NCBI GenBank assembly: GCA_951406725.2
Contig: OX597836.1
Coordinates: 13,578,001-13,642,000 of the forward strand
Source of the DNA: Octopus vulgaris
Taxonomy: Eukaryota
Length of the DNA: 64,000 nucleotides
Direction: 5' to 3'
Below, piece by piece: positions 27,455 to 43,013 of this stretch (position 1 is its first letter; each line of letters starts with the position of its first letter). The notes under the pieces were generated by a model. The model saw only the letters and a program-made list of their open reading frames with translations, searched no databases and was not told where the DNA came from. The position numbers were made by a program, and so were the translations under genes.

Positions 27455-27857
27455 TACTCTCTATTACCTTGTTTCAGTCATTTGACTGTGGCCATGCTGG
27501 AGCACAGCCTTTAGTCGAGCAAATCGACCCCACGACTTATTCTTTGTAAGCCTAGTACTTATTCTATCGGTCTCTTTTGCCGAACCACTAAGTCACAGGG
27601 ACGTAAACACATCAGCATCGGTTGTCAATTGATGTTAGGGGGAGGGGACAAACACAGACACACAAACATAGACACACACACATACATATATATAGATATA
27701 TACGATGGGCTTCTTTCAGTTTCCGTCTACCAAATCAACTCACAAGGCTTTGGTCGACCCGAGGCTATAGTAGAAGACACTTGCCCAAGGTGCCATGAAG
27801 CGGGACTGAACACGGAACCATGTGGTTCGTAAGCAAGCTACTTACCACACAGCCACC
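27455..27857 (-). mobile_element. SINE family A within (ATT)n arrays (27290-27450, 27860-28475)
   Basis: Family A consensus. Confidence 0.9.
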
Positions 27858-27920
27858 CCTTTATTATTGTTATTGTTATCATCATCATCATCATTATCAT
27901 TATTATTGTTATTATTATTA

Positions 27921-27988
<68 letters not shown>

Positions 27989-28082
27989 TTGTTGTTATTA
28001 TTATCATTAAATTGAATTATTATTATATTGTATTATTATTATCATGATTATTATTATTATTTTCATTATTATTACATAGTAA

Positions 28083-28142
<60 letters not shown>

Positions 28143-28255
28143 ATTGTACTATTATTGTTGCTGTTGTTATTATTATTATTATTGTTATTATTATATTGTA
28201 TCATTATTATCATTATTATTATATTGTATTATTATTATCATCATCATTATTGTTA

Positions 28256-28292
<37 letters not shown>

Positions 28293-28305
28293 CGTTATTA
28301 TTATC

Positions 28306-28415
<110 letters not shown>

Positions 28416-28473
28416 CGTTATTATTATCGTTATTATTATTATTATTATTATTATCATTATTATTATTATTATT

Positions 28474-28905
28474 ATGTTTTGCCTTTGCTTTAGTCTATAC
28501 ATGTTACACTTAGGTCTCAACCAGAGACTTCAAGTGACAAGATTTTGCATCAAAAGATGCAAGCAGGTGTGGTGCCGTGCAATTCAAACTAAAAAATTCA
28601 TGCCTGAATGTTATCAAAAAAAGTTCTCTTTTTTTTGGCCGGGGGGGGGGGGAATATATCATGAAACCAAATTATTAAGATCGTGTTCACATAAAGAAGG
28701 TTTTACCTAAGAACAAATTTACATCAAAGATTACAACTCTGATCTTTTGCAATTCCCTTATTTTGGAGCAGCCAGGAACTTGGTCTACATTTTTTACCTG
28801 TTCCTTCTGATTTCATTCTAAGCGTCCCGATAACAATACGTAATGTAGTTGCCTTGACATGCCACATTCTTCTGATTTCTGTTTCCAAGTCCTTATATTT
28901 CTCTA
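28474..28905 (-). mobile_element. R4/Dong-clade LINE 3' end abutting (TAA)n
   Basis: EKYKDLETEIRRMWHVKATT..IVIGTL (REL endonuclease end); the 3' UTR is homologous to 57570-57640. Confidence 0.75.
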
Positions 28906-29009
28906 ATCGATTACTCTGAATTTTCCGACCAGTCTGAATACTGAAACCATCATCATCATCATCATCATCATCGTCGTCGTCGTCGTCGTCGTCGTCATCA
29001 TCATCAACA

Positions 29010-29659
29010 TCGTGTCGTCCGTCTTTTACGACCTGAGTTCAAATTCTGCCGATGTCGACTTTGTCCTTCATCCTTTCGAGGTCGATAAAAATAAGTATCA
29101 TTTGTGCATCGGGGTGTGGGAGGCCTGGTATAATCGACTAGTCCCCCTCCTCCTGCACTCCAACAAAAAATTTCGAGCCGTGTGCTTATTGTAGAAAGGA
29201 TCATCATCATCATCATCATCATCATCATCTATATATATATATATATATATACTCTGTTTCTCTTTTACTTGTTTCAGTCATTTGACTGTGGCCATGCTGG
29301 AGCACCGCCTTTAGTCTAGTAAATCGACCCCACGACTTATTCTTTGGAAGCCTAGTACTTGTTCTATCGGTCTCCTTTGCCGAACCGCTAAGTTACGGGG
29401 ACGTAAACACACCAGCATCGGTTGTCAAGCGATGTTGGGGGACAAACACAAACACACAAACACATACACACACATACATATATATATATACATATATACG
29501 ACGGGCTTCTTTCAGTTTCCGTCTACCAAATCTACTCACAAGGATTTGGTCGGCCCGAGGCTATAGTAGAAGACACTTGCTCAAGGTGCCACGCAGTGGG
29601 ACTGAACCCGGAACCATGTGGTTGGTAAGCAAGCTACTTACCACACAGCCACTCCTGCG

Positions 29660-29662
<3 letters not shown>
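29010..29662. mobile_element. SINE family B fragment (+, 29010-29200) and full-length family A (-, 29250-29662)
   Basis: Family consensus matches. Confidence 0.88.
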
Positions 29663-29705
<43 letters not shown>

Positions 29706-29707
<2 letters not shown>

Positions 29708-29920
29708 TAATCCAAACATGAAAACACAAAGAGAAAACACAACAACGCGAGGACATGGAACAAATAAAGTATTATTGGACGCTCAGGAAGGAAGGGAAGA
29801 AGGAGGGTTTAACGTTTCGAGCGGAGCTCTTCGTCAGAAACATAGGAAAAGGAAAGATCCAGAGAAGGGAAGACGGAGGGAAAAAAATCGCCAACGGTAC
29901 ACACACGGTCACATTTTGAA
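29706..29920 (-). mobile_element. Family H PLE-like element, copy 2
   Basis: Reverse complement of copy 1, flanked by (TA)n on both sides. Confidence 0.82.
29807..29841 (-). ncRNA. Minimal type-I hammerhead ribozyme motif (best family H copy)
   Basis: Minus strand GTTT-CTGACGA-A-GAGC tcc GCTC-GAAA-CG-TT-AAAC: complete CUGANGA/GAAA core, 4-bp stems I and II, and palindromic ACGT stem III. Confidence 0.65.
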
Positions 29921-29934
29921 TGGATATATATATA

Positions 29935-30140
29935 TTCTTAAGTCCTTGTGTTTGGATTATGTATTATTCTGCATGATTAATTTTTTTGTTATGATACCTA
30001 TAACACCTATTGTCATGAGGATTGTTTCTGTCTTTAAATTCCACATTCGGGTTATCTCTATTTCCAGATCTTTGTATTTCACTGGCTTCTCCATTTCATA
30101 TTTCCTTGTTATTTCACTCGTATCGTTTTCTCTGTCTTTA
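29935..30140 (-). mobile_element. R4/Dong REL endonuclease fragment
   Basis: EKPVKYKDLEIEITRMWNLKTETI...IGVIGII. Confidence 0.78.
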
Positions 30141-30146
30141 TTCATC

Positions 30147-30294
30147 TATGGGGTGCTGCTGAAAAATTCCCGGCTTTAAGGGTGTCACGAAAGGCCTGGT
30201 TGGAGGCCCAACCTTCTGAGTTTTTTTACAGGGCTTAGAAAAACTGAAGGACCGGTGCAATAAGTGTGTGAATCTGAGAGGGGAATATGTCGAA
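30147..30294 (+). mobile_element. Internally deleted mariner element (left end fused to transposase C-terminus)
   Basis: TA-TGGGGTGCTGCTGAAAAATTCC terminus, then GLEKLKDRCNKCVNLRGEYVE, matching the mariner C-terminal motif. Confidence 0.72.
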
Positions 30295-30401
30295 CATGTC
30301 GAAACAGAGACGTCATCCTCAGGCCAGGGTCCTGACTGCTTTGTGACATTTGATCTGGATCTTTACGTTCTAAGTTCAAATCCCGCCGAAGTCAGCTTTG
30401 C

Positions 30402-30472
<71 letters not shown>

Positions 30473-30488
30473 GGTGGTGGTGGTGGTG

Positions 30489-30541
<53 letters not shown>

Positions 30542-30671
30542 TGTAGTAGTAGTTGTAGTAGTAGTAGTAGCAGCAGCAGCAATAGCAGATCTATTACATC
30601 TATTGCTATTACTATTACTGCTGCTTCTGTTGTTGCTGCTACATCAATTACTCCTCTTCCTCCTCCTCTTC

Positions 30672-30717
<46 letters not shown>

Positions 30718-31279
30718 AATCCACCACCACCACCACCAGTACTATGAGATTTTTTAACAGATTCAAATAGGGTTTTTACTGCACCAAAAGATGCACCTCC
30801 ATTTCCCCGAGGTGTGTCTGACATTTTTATTTCAGGAATGTAGAATGGTGCTTGCATATATTAGCACAGGTGTTTATTTAGTTAATCATGAGGTAGCGAG
30901 TTCGATTCCCGGACCAGGCTGTGTTGTGTTCTTCGGCAAGAGACTTTATGTCACTCTGCTCCAGTTCACTCTACTGTAGAAATGATGTGTTGCGACGTCA
31001 CTGGTGCAAAGTTGTATGGGTAACTTTCAAGGTGCAATCCCATGGTCATTCTTAACCGAAGGGGCTCGAACACTGGGGGGTCACTGTAATTGATTTATCT
31101 CTCGCCAAAATTGCTGGCCTTGTGCTAAAATTTGAAATCATTATTATTATTACTCTTGTTGTTGTTTGTCATTTTGATTGAGTTCAAATTCCACCGAGGT
31201 TGAACTTGCCTTTCATTTTTCCGGGATCGATAAGATAAAGTACCAGTCAAGTAGTAGGGTCCTCAGTTATCGACTGACA

Positions 31280-31429
31280 CCACTTCCCTCAAAATTTCGT
31301 CGGCCCTTTTACTAAATTAGAAACCGTTCTTACTATAAGTCGTAGCATAGTATTCTTACTCTACGGCGACTAATAGTAAGAACGGTTTCGAATCTAGTAA
31401 AAGGGCCAACACAATTTTGAGGGAAGTGG
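31280..31429. repeat. Inverted duplication of a SINE-B tail (~63-bp arms, ~24-nt spacer)
   Basis: CCACTTCCCTCAAAATT...GAAACCGTTCTTACTAT-AGTCG versus CGACT-ATAGTAAGAACGGTTTC...AATTTTGAGGGAAGTGG. Confidence 0.85.
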
Positions 31430-31489
31430 AGTCGATTTTTTAAAAAAAATTGTAACTAACCCCTTTAATGTCTTCTCGTCCGTCGTCTT

Positions 31490-31871
31490 TGTGGGTGGTA
31501 AGTAGCTTGCTTACCAACCACATGGTTCCGGGTTCAGTCCCACTGCGTGGCACCTTGGGCAAGTGTCTTCTACTATAGCTTCGGTCCGACCAAAGCCTTG
31601 TGAGTGGATTTGGTAGACGGAAACTGAAAGAAGCCCGTCGTATATATCTATATGTATATATATGTTTGTGTGTGTTTGTGTGTCTGTGTCCTCCCAACAT
31701 TGCTTGACAACCGATGCTGGTGTGTTTACGTCCCTGTAACTTAGCAGTTCGGCAAAAGAGACAGATAGAATAAGTACTGGGCTTACAAAGAATAATTCCT
31801 GGGGTCGATTTGCTCGACTAAAGGTGGTGCTCCAGCATGGTCGCAGTCAAATGACTGAAACAAGTAAAAGA
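31490..31871 (+). mobile_element. SINE family A
   Basis: Family A consensus. Confidence 0.9.
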
Positions 31872-31955
31872 GGCGTTTTAACTAGTTTGATTAGGCTGCC
31901 GATCGAACCACAGTCTGCAGTCTACGATGAGTTAATTTGGCCGACTTCTATGACG

Positions 31956-32180
31956 GTGGAGGTGCGTGGCTTATGGGGGTTACGTTGTCAGCATCATGAT
32001 CGTAAGACTGCGGTTTCGATTCCTGGACCAGGCGACGCGTTGTGTTCTTTAGCAAAACACTTCATTTCACGTTGCTCCAGTCCACTCAGCTGGCAAAAAT
32101 GAGTAAAGGTGCGATGGACTGGCGTCTCGTCCAGCAGGGGAACACATACACCACAGAAACCGGGAAACCAGGCCCTTGAA
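31956..32180 (+). mobile_element. SINE family C (further copies at ~30870-31070 +, 46560-46845 -, 51950-52200 -, 53140-53716 -)
   Basis: tRNA-like head GGAGGTGCGTGGC...GGTTTCGATTCC, then TTGTGTTCTT..GCAA.ACACTT...TTGCTCCAGTCCACTCAGCTGGCAAAAATGA. Confidence 0.8.
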
Positions 32181-32189
32181 ACAGGTTGT

Positions 32190-32465
32190 TGCCCAAAGCC
32201 ATCGTGTTGCAGCTACCACACAACCGATCTGTTGACGCACGCCAGTGTAACCTCCCCCTCCCTGCTGCCGACGCTTTGATTTTTATCATTGAGCTTTACT
32301 CCTGTAGATAATTAAGATTTTATCTAGCTCCTACCCTTTGACCTGTCTGGCTCCTGCCCTATGACCTTGTCTGGCTTGGTTGTATTTGCCTGCAGACTTT
32401 TCCTCGCCAGTATAGCTCTCCGGGTCACAGGAGCACGCAAGCAACTCCACCAAGACTGGGTCCTT
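32190..32465 (-). mobile_element. Probable RTE-clade LINE 5' UTR fragment
   Basis: GCTTGCGTGCTCCTGTGACCCGGAGAGCTAT...GCCAGACAGGTCAAAGGGTAGGAGCTAGATAAA resembles RTE/Expander-type 5' UTRs (recalled, not searched). Confidence 0.5.
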
Positions 32466-32629
32466 AATCAGATGTATAATTATAAATATTAAAAAAAAGA
32501 ATTAAGTATACAATACGAACACACACACACAATTATTTAATTAAGCTGTAGGTGTGGAAGGTTCGTTTGATGATCGGTGTCTAGTTTTAGAGCAAGATAT
32601 ATGTAGTAAGGTGTAAAGGGTCAGCGACT

Positions 32630-32697
<68 letters not shown>

Positions 32698-32727
32698 CAT
32701 CATCATGATTATTATTATTATTATTAC

Positions 32728-32772
<45 letters not shown>

Positions 32773-32983
32773 TATTATTATTATTTCCTCTTCTTCTTCT
32801 TCTTCTTCTTCTTCTTCTTCTTCTTCTTCTTCTTCTAAACTCCTTCTCCATCTTCTTCTAATCTTATCCTCTTCCTTATTCTTTTCCCCGCTTCTTCTCC
32901 TTCATCCTTTATGCACTGGAGTCGATGTATTCAATGAAACCCCTTTCCATAGAATTGCGGGTCTTATACCTATAATAGAAAGG

Positions 32984-33027
<44 letters not shown>

Positions 33028-33069
33028 AATCATTATTATTGTTGTTGCTGTTGTTGTTGTTGTTGTTGC

Positions 33070-33372
33070 AGCGAGCTGGCAGAAAGGTTTGCACGCCGGG
33101 CGAAATGCGTAGCCGTATTTCGTCCGTCTGTTACGTTCTGAGTTCAAATTCCGCCGAGGTCGACTTTGCCTTTTATCCTTTCGGGGTCGATAAATTAAGT
33201 ATCAGTTACGCACTGGGGTCGATATAATCAACTTCATCCGTTTGTCTGTCCTTGTTTGTCCTCTCTGTGCTTAGCCCGTTGTGGGTAGTGAAGAAATAGG
33301 TCGTCGCTACGGTTCTGGGTCGATATAATCAATTGGTCCCCTCCCCCAAAATTTGGGCCTATAGTAGAAAGG

Positions 33373-33375
<3 letters not shown>
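33070..33375 (+). mobile_element. SINE family B followed by a partial second unit with the alternative tail
   Basis: ...AAGAAATA|GG...GGGTCGATATAATC...CCTATAGTAGAAAGG(ATT)n. Confidence 0.85.
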
Positions 33376-33404
<29 letters not shown>

Positions 33405-33405
33405 C

Positions 33406-33503
<98 letters not shown>

Positions 33504-33519
33504 CATTATTATTATTATA

Positions 33520-33840
33520 TGAAAGCACAGCATATTTTGCTGGATATAGCGACAGCCAGCAGACTAAGGTGACACTTGTTTACTGGTCATGCTTCAAGAA
33601 CCCGGCGAAGTATTGTTGCACTCCCAAGCAATGCTGATTTTTGTACCTTCACACTTGTACCGATCGTTTTCAGCCATGATGATAATTGATTGCTAATATT
33701 TCCAAGGGTACCAATTACTACTTGTATCACGTCTACTCTCTTCATTGACCACAACCTTCATATTTCCGACTTCAAATCGTCAGAGTAGCTTATTCTTTCT
33801 TCTTCTTTCACATTGATCCTGTTGTCACCGGGGCATGCTA
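33520..33840 (-). mobile_element. R4/Dong LINE 3' end in (TAA)n
   Basis: ACPGDNRINVKEEERI...DLKSEI*RLW...VVIGTLG...VQKSALLGSATILRRVLEA*. Confidence 0.85.
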
Positions 33841-33984
33841 TTAGTCCTTAGTGCTTGATTTTGTGCAGCTACTAACAAACTTTCTGTCTCCCTCTTCAGC
33901 TTTCCTTTCTGCTACCATAAAAAAACCATGTCCGGTTTCCGATGTCTGGTCGGGTGATCGCACTGGATCATTGCATCCCACAGG

Positions 33985-34055
<71 letters not shown>

Positions 34056-34098
34056 CATCATCATCATCATTATTATCATTATCATTACCATTATTATT

Positions 34099-34324
34099 AA
34101 GGCGGTGAGCTGGCAGAAACGTTAGCACGCCGGACGAATTGCTAAGCATTATTTCGTCTGTCATTACGTTCTGAGTTCAAATTCCGCCGAGGTCGACTTT
34201 GCCTTTCATCTTTTGGAGATGGGGTCGATAAATTAAGTACCAGTTGCGTACTGGGGTAGATCTAATCGACCGGCATCCTCCTCCAGAATTTCGGGCCTTG
34301 TGCCTAGAATAGAAAATATTATCA

Positions 34325-34376
<52 letters not shown>

Positions 34377-35340
34377 GAAAATAATTTTTCGCTAGTTTCT
34401 TGCGAGTTTCTATTGCACTACCACCTGGTGCACTTCCTTGTTCCTGGGGTGTGTGCGGTGTTGCGTTCTCATTTTGGTGCGGATTGTGGGTGTATAGACT
34501 TCTCCAGTTCGCTCATTTTGTCAGGGTATTTAGTTTCTTCCTTTTCGCCTATGTTCTGTTGTGCATGTTGTGCGTAATATGAGTTGTGTTATTTTATCGG
34601 GACCTTACCTTGCACGTATAGCCTATGCTGTGTGACTTATATTGTTTTAAGTCATTGGGTGCTTGTTGTAGAGCTGGGGATGGGTGAAGTTTGTGCTATT
34701 TGAGCTATCCGATTGAAGCGTGAGCTATACTATTGAATTGATACTGTCTTGTAGAAGATGTGGGCTGTTCCTAGCAGACCAATTTTGGGCGGTGGAACTG
34801 TGTGTAGCATTGTGGGCCCTATTATTATTAATGAGTGAGAGCGCAGCAATCGCTGTGGTACAAATATACTTATCACAATATACCCGACATGACTACCCGT
34901 CTATTATGGGTACACCAAGTACATACATCACAACCATATGTGCGCAACATTGTGACCTTATCTCAAAATTGCCGAGATCGACAATTTTACATCCTTTCGG
35001 GGTCAATAAATTAAGTACTAGTCAAGTACTGGGGTTGATGTGATCGACTTACTCCTTCCCCCAAAATTTCAGGCCTTGTACCTATAGTAAAAAGGATTAT
35101 TATTAGAAGGCGGCGAGCTGGCAGAAACGTTAGCACGCCGGGCGAAATGCGTAGCCGTATTTCGTCTGCCGTTACGTTCTGAGTTCAAATTCCGCCGAGG
35201 CCGACTTTGCTTTTCATCCTTTCGGGGGTCGATTAAATAAGTATCAGTTACGCACTGGGGTCGATATAATCGACTTAATTCGTTTGTCTGTCCTTGTTTG
35301 TTCCCTCTGTGTTTAGCCCCTTGTGGTCAGTAAAGAAATA
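34099..35340. mobile_element. SINE B copies (34099-34320, 34965-35100, 35107-35340, +) around an R4/Dong relic (34385-34820, -)
   Basis: SINE B consensus; KIGLLGTAHIF..TVSIQ* on the minus strand. Confidence 0.8.
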
Positions 35341-35366
35341 AGAAAGGCTTATCATCATCATCCTCC

Positions 35367-35397
<31 letters not shown>

Positions 35398-35408
35398 TAT
35401 TATTATTT

Positions 35409-37875
35409 TCGTATACACACAACAGATTATACTGTTGGAAAAGAAAAAATCCTAACATCGGTCTACAAGTAACCTTAGATGCCAAGAACCCTCCCAAGTA
35501 TCTTAGCTGTTCCTAATAACAGTTTTCTGGAACCGTACTAAACTGGGTTTTATGCCTATTTTTATCTAGCCATCTGTTCAGATCTTTAGGGATAGTTCTA
35601 GTTGAATCTATAATTACTGGCGTACATTTTACCTGCACTTTCTATAGTCTGCATAATTCAATAGCTAGGTCTTGGAACTTTGCTATTTTTTCTATACTTC
35701 TCATATTAATGTTTTCATCATTTGGAACTGCAAAGTCAATTATCTGACACTTTCTATTTTTTTTTTTTACTACTACCAAATCAGGCCGTCAAGCTTCTAT
35801 TACTCTCAGTTTGAATCTTAAAGCCCCACAACATCTTATATTTCTTATTTTCTAGTACTTTACTATGTTGATGTTCATACCATTTATTAGTATCTTCAAA
35901 TCTTAGCTTTCAACAAAGCTCCCAGTGGATTACCCTCCCTAGATTACTATGTCTTTTCATGTATTTTTTCTGTGCCAGCATGCTCTATTCACTTACTATG
36001 TGAGCAACGCTTTCCTTTTTTGATTTGCATGATCTACACTTGGAATCTGCATGGTTTTTGTCTATCTTGACTTTTATCCAATTAGTCCTTAATTTTTAAC
36101 TTCGTTTGAGTCTTTGGTTTTCCTATGATCTCCTGTGACTCTAGCAGATTTTAATAATTTTTCTTCGCTATTATAGGAGTCTATATCTACTCTAGCTAAC
36201 TCTTCGTAGTCTTCTACTGATATTAATCCTCTTCCGCCTTCCTTTCTAGGTAGGTTTAATCTTGCTATTCCTGCTCTTGAGTGGAATCCTCCATTCATAT
36301 TGAATTCCTTCCTAGTTCTTCTGTCTAGCTTTGCTTATTCCGTTTTCGTCCAATCTACAAAATGTGCTGAGTATCTAAGTAATGATACTGCCCAAGTATT
36401 TACAGAGTATTTACAGCCTTCACTAAATTCGGACCATTTAGCTTGACTTCATTAGATTCCTCACCCTTTTGATGTACTCCTTAATTTTCGTTTTCATGGC
36501 AGATTATAATACTCCTAGATACTTATAATTTTCTCTACTTTTCATTGATTTTAATGTCTGGCCATCTGGTAATTGGATGTCTTTGCTGTTAACTACCAGC
36601 CCTCTTTTCATGACTAATATTGCACACTTATCTATGCCAAATTCCATGCCTATATCTTTGCTGAAGAGTCTTACAGCTTGTATTAAGAAATCTTTCTCTT
36701 TTTCATTCGTACTAAAAAGCATCATATCATCCTTGTAGAGCAAATGGTTAATTTTCCCCTACTATTTCTTAACTTATATCTTGCCTTTGCTTTCCTTAAT
36801 ACCAAACTGAGTGGGGTCAAACATGAGACAAATATCAAAGACGACCACTAGTCCCCCTGGAAAATTTCTCTTTTGATATTAACTTTCCGAAGAGTGTGTC
36901 ACCTGAGTAGAGATCTATTTTCCGTTTCTTCATGCTACAGTTAATTAATTCTCTTATGTTGTCTATTATTCTGAATTCACTCAAACATACACAATTATCC
37001 GTGAGTGCGGCATCATTTCATAGGCTTTCCTATAATCTGTTCATGCTATTGTTAGATTTTTCTTTCTAACTTTTACTTAATTTAGAACTGCTTTGTCTGT
37101 ATAATAGATCGTACGTTCCTCTAGCCTTTTTCCTGCAACTTTGCTATTCTTCTGGCAATAAATTCTGCTTGTCAAGGTGCTCGTAAATGCTTTCTGAAAG
37201 CATTTCTGTTAACAGTTTTCACACTAATGATAAGCACGTAGTTGGTCTATAGTTTCTAGCTGTATTACCCTTGTTTTTATCTTTCATGATGAATATTGTC
37301 CTCCCTCTAGTCATCCAATCTGCTACTATTCCTCCATTAAGGCAATTTTAAAGTTGTTCCTTCAGCCTCTCATATAAACTACTAAATTTTTTAGTCTGTA
37401 CTCTCGAACCAAATCTGGTACAGGCCCTTATAATTCAGTGTTTTTACTAACACTTTGCTCATTAATGTACTAGTTAATCTTAGATCTGGCTGCTTCTCAC
37501 ACACTACTGCTTCCCTCACTTTCTTTAACCATACTGCATCTCCATTATGATTGACTGGCTTGTCCCAAATATTACTCCAGAACTTTCTAGCTTCTTCTGC
37601 ATTAGGTTTCTCATCTTCAGTACTTCGTTCTCTACTATTTATTTGGTTATAAAATCTCCTCTGCTCTGTCCCAAATAATCTTTTCTGTTGATACTGATGT
37701 ATTCTTTTCTGATATCTGGATAGCTTCCCTGCCACTGCTATGATACGCTGTTTCAACTCTTCTGTTACTGCCCCAAATCCTTTCTCTTTAAGTATTTTTT
37801 CTCGAGGGAAGATTTGCATTGTGTTTCTTAACTTGTTCAGTGTCCAGGCTTCTATTCTACTCAGATATTGTCTGC
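35409..37875 (-). mobile_element. Large decayed R4/Dong-clade non-LTR retrotransposon (RT + REL endonuclease)
   Basis: ELKQRI..GKLSRY...FWSNIW; LLYKDDMMLF...FSKDIGMEFGIDKC; YKYLGVL; RLNLPRKEGGRGL; RPDLVV...IIDFAVPND...KFQDLA. Many stops and frameshifts; the 3' end is at an (ATC/ATT)n tract. Confidence 0.92.
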
Positions 37876-38505
37876 TTCTTTACTGAACCACTGCCGAGCG
37901 AAGGGCCTTTCCTTAATGGCCCAGCTTCATTTTCGCTATTACCACCAGAGTGGAAACTCTCGTCTCTCATAATCTCTCGTCTCTAATAAACTGAGGTAAA
38001 GTAATGTTCGTTACCATCGTCATTACCATCATTATTTATCGACATCTGAAAGTTTCAAGCAACTTTCTATTGCCTCATTTGTTGCGCCTTTATGCTGATG
38101 GGGTGGTGTATGCTGCATGTTTTTGGTGGGGGGATATTATATTGTACCAGTATATTTTGTTATGGGGTTTGGTTTGAGTCTTCTATTGTATTAGCTTTGT
38201 ACAGTGTGTTGTTTGTGCTGCGCAGGTTGTGTTCCTCTGTCGGGTGTCGGCCTCCTATAAGCACTTGTGAGTTTTGTTCATTTTGCTGGGTATTTACAGT
38301 ACGAGTTATTCTTGTATGTTTTTTTAAATTTTTGGTGGGGATTGCATAGCAGTGTATGTATATCATAAATCAGCTACTTCATAGTATCTGTGTTCATCTG
38401 TCAGCCGTTTTTTTTTTCATTAGTTTTGTTATGTTGTGGGTTCAGTTTCTACAGCGTTTAATTTTTTAAACGAATACCGCCTATAAATATATTTTCATGT
38501 TTCTT

Positions 38506-38603
<98 letters not shown>

Positions 38604-38644
38604 TACTACTACTACTATTATTATTATTTTTTTTATTATTTTTA

Positions 38645-38679
<35 letters not shown>

Positions 38680-38867
38680 TAGTTCTCTAATTTCTATTAT
38701 ATATCCTCTGTTATATCCCTTAACGTGATTGTATCTCCCTTTGATCAATGTAAACCCCACCTGTTTTTGGTTTTTAATTTTTTCTTTGCTTTTGCTTTGT
38801 TTGTGTGCTGTAACTCGTCTTTGGATATCGTCCTCCTTGTCTTGAGCCCTTGCGGCTAACAAAAGAA

Positions 38868-38926
<59 letters not shown>

Positions 38927-39268
38927 TGAGTGAGAAAGTAACGCATGTAATCAAAGTGACGTGACACCAGGATACAAATATACAAAGCTCAATATACCCA
39001 TCATGACTACCCGTCTGCTAAGGATACACCAGGTATATGCATCACAACTATATGTACTCGACATGGTGATCTCATATCAAAATCAACAGCGCATGACCCT
39101 GCATGTGGTGAAGGGTGGAGTCAGAATGTTCATCAGATCGAATAGCGCATCCCGCTCAAAAAGGTCCCTGAAAGAGGGTTGTTTAAGGATATTGGACGAA
39201 ACACCGAGGTTTCCAGAGGTGAATTATTCAAACGCCAAAGAATTCCTCTGAAAACATGGCTATGACGT
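38927..39268 (+). repeat. Dispersed repeat starting at (ATT)n; related pieces at 34830-34970, 39915-40160, 61345-61560, 63595-63720
   Basis: Shared blocks CATGACTACCCGTCT and CAGAGGTGAATTATTCAAAC; related pieces share CAGAATATTTGCTGTAACC and GATAACACTT.CAATCAGTTAA. Confidence 0.7.
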
Positions 39269-39273
39269 TTCCT

Positions 39274-41306
<2,033 letters not shown>

Positions 41307-41316
41307 ATATATATAT

Positions 41317-41514
41317 AGTTGATCCAAACAAGAAAGCACAAAAAACACAACAACGCGAGGACGTGGAACAAATATAGCATTATTGGACGCTCAGGAAAGA
41401 AGGAGGGCTTAACGTTTCGAGCGGAGCTCTTCATCGGAAACATAGGAGAAGGAAAGATCCAGAGAAGGGAAGACAGAGGAAAAAAATCGCCAACGGTACA
41501 CACGAGGTCACATT
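41317..41514 (-). mobile_element. Family H PLE-like element, copy 4 (hammerhead motif 41407-41441, CCGATGA variant)
   Basis: Minus strand GTTT-CCGATGA-A-GAGC tcc GCTC-GAAA-CG-TT-AAGC, with (TA)n on both sides. Confidence 0.8.
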
Positions 41515-41723
41515 TATATATATATAAAATACAAAATGGGTCAAGAACACAAAACATCCGGACAACTAGGAGATACAAAAAGGGACAACAAAACATCCAG
41601 ATAGACGATACAAAAAAAACAAGGACGGGTCATTCGAAGCTTTCTATCCTCAGTCAAGAACCGGAACATCCTCGCAATTTCGGCTGAATAATCTTGAGAT
41701 TGCTCCAATCTGGCCAACCCCAA

Positions 41724-41758
<35 letters not shown>

Positions 41759-42399
41759 CCTTGTTCACTCAAATCTTGAACTTTTACACACACACACACA
41801 TCGTACATAGTATATACAGAAATACTTTTATTATTCCTTTCTTATATAAAGACATGTATGTATGATTATAAATGAGTACATTTTCTGTGTGTGTGTGTGT
41901 GTGTGCCGGTCTGCTTGTCTGCGTATGTATGTGTTATGTGCTTGTGTGTGTGTGTGTGTGTGCTGTATTGAGTTTGCACGTGTGTCTGTGTATATCCTTG
42001 TATGTATGCGTGTGTATATGCGTATGTGTGTGCGTGTTCTTGTGTCTCTGTGTACTGTTTATATATATGTATATTTTCGTGTATATATAAATGCTTATGT
42101 ATTCACACGTGTGTGCTTTTGCGTGGTTGCGTTTGTGTACGCGCTTTCTGTATACGTTTTTTGTATATGTATGTGTTCATCAGTACATGTGTGTGTGTGT
42201 ATGTGTGTATGTGTGTGTTTGTTTTAGAATCTATGGGTGTGTGAGTGTATGCGTTTATGTGTGTGTGTGTGTATGGGGGAAGGGGGTCTGTTTTTGTGTA
42301 CGTCTGACAAACCACCAGCGCCTCTCTCCGTAGACGCTACGTTAGCAGTTTATCGCTAAAACCACCACCACTGACTTTAAACCAATGAGACAACCACCA

Positions 42400-42931
42400 A
42401 CGCCGACACCACCACCACCACCACCACCACCACCTTAACTCTTCCACCCACCACCCACACCACCATACCACCACCACCACCACCACCACCACCACCTTGA
42501 CTCTTCCACCCACCACCCACACCACCACCACCACCACCACCACCACCACCTTGACTCTTCCACCCACCACCCACACCACCATACCACCACCACCACCACC
42601 ATTACTATCAGTGCTATCGGCACCACCGCTATCACAACCATCAGTAGCAGTAGCAGCAGCAGCATCACCTTTAGTACCTACGCCGGCACCCACACTACCA
42701 CCAACACCATCATCACCTCACCACCACTACCACCACCACCACTCCGCCACCACAACCACGGCCGCCGTCACCGCCACTATCGTCGCCATCATCATCTACA
42801 TCATCAGCAGCAGCAGCATACGACCACCACCCATCCAGGCCACCCCACCCACCCCTATCTTCCTCCACCACCACCGCTGCCACCATCATCGTGGTATCAC
42901 ATAACCATGTCATTCTCATGTCTTTCCAAAA

Positions 42932-42962
<31 letters not shown>

Positions 42963-42979
42963 TCTCTGTTTCATTTTTC

Positions 42980-43013
<34 letters not shown>

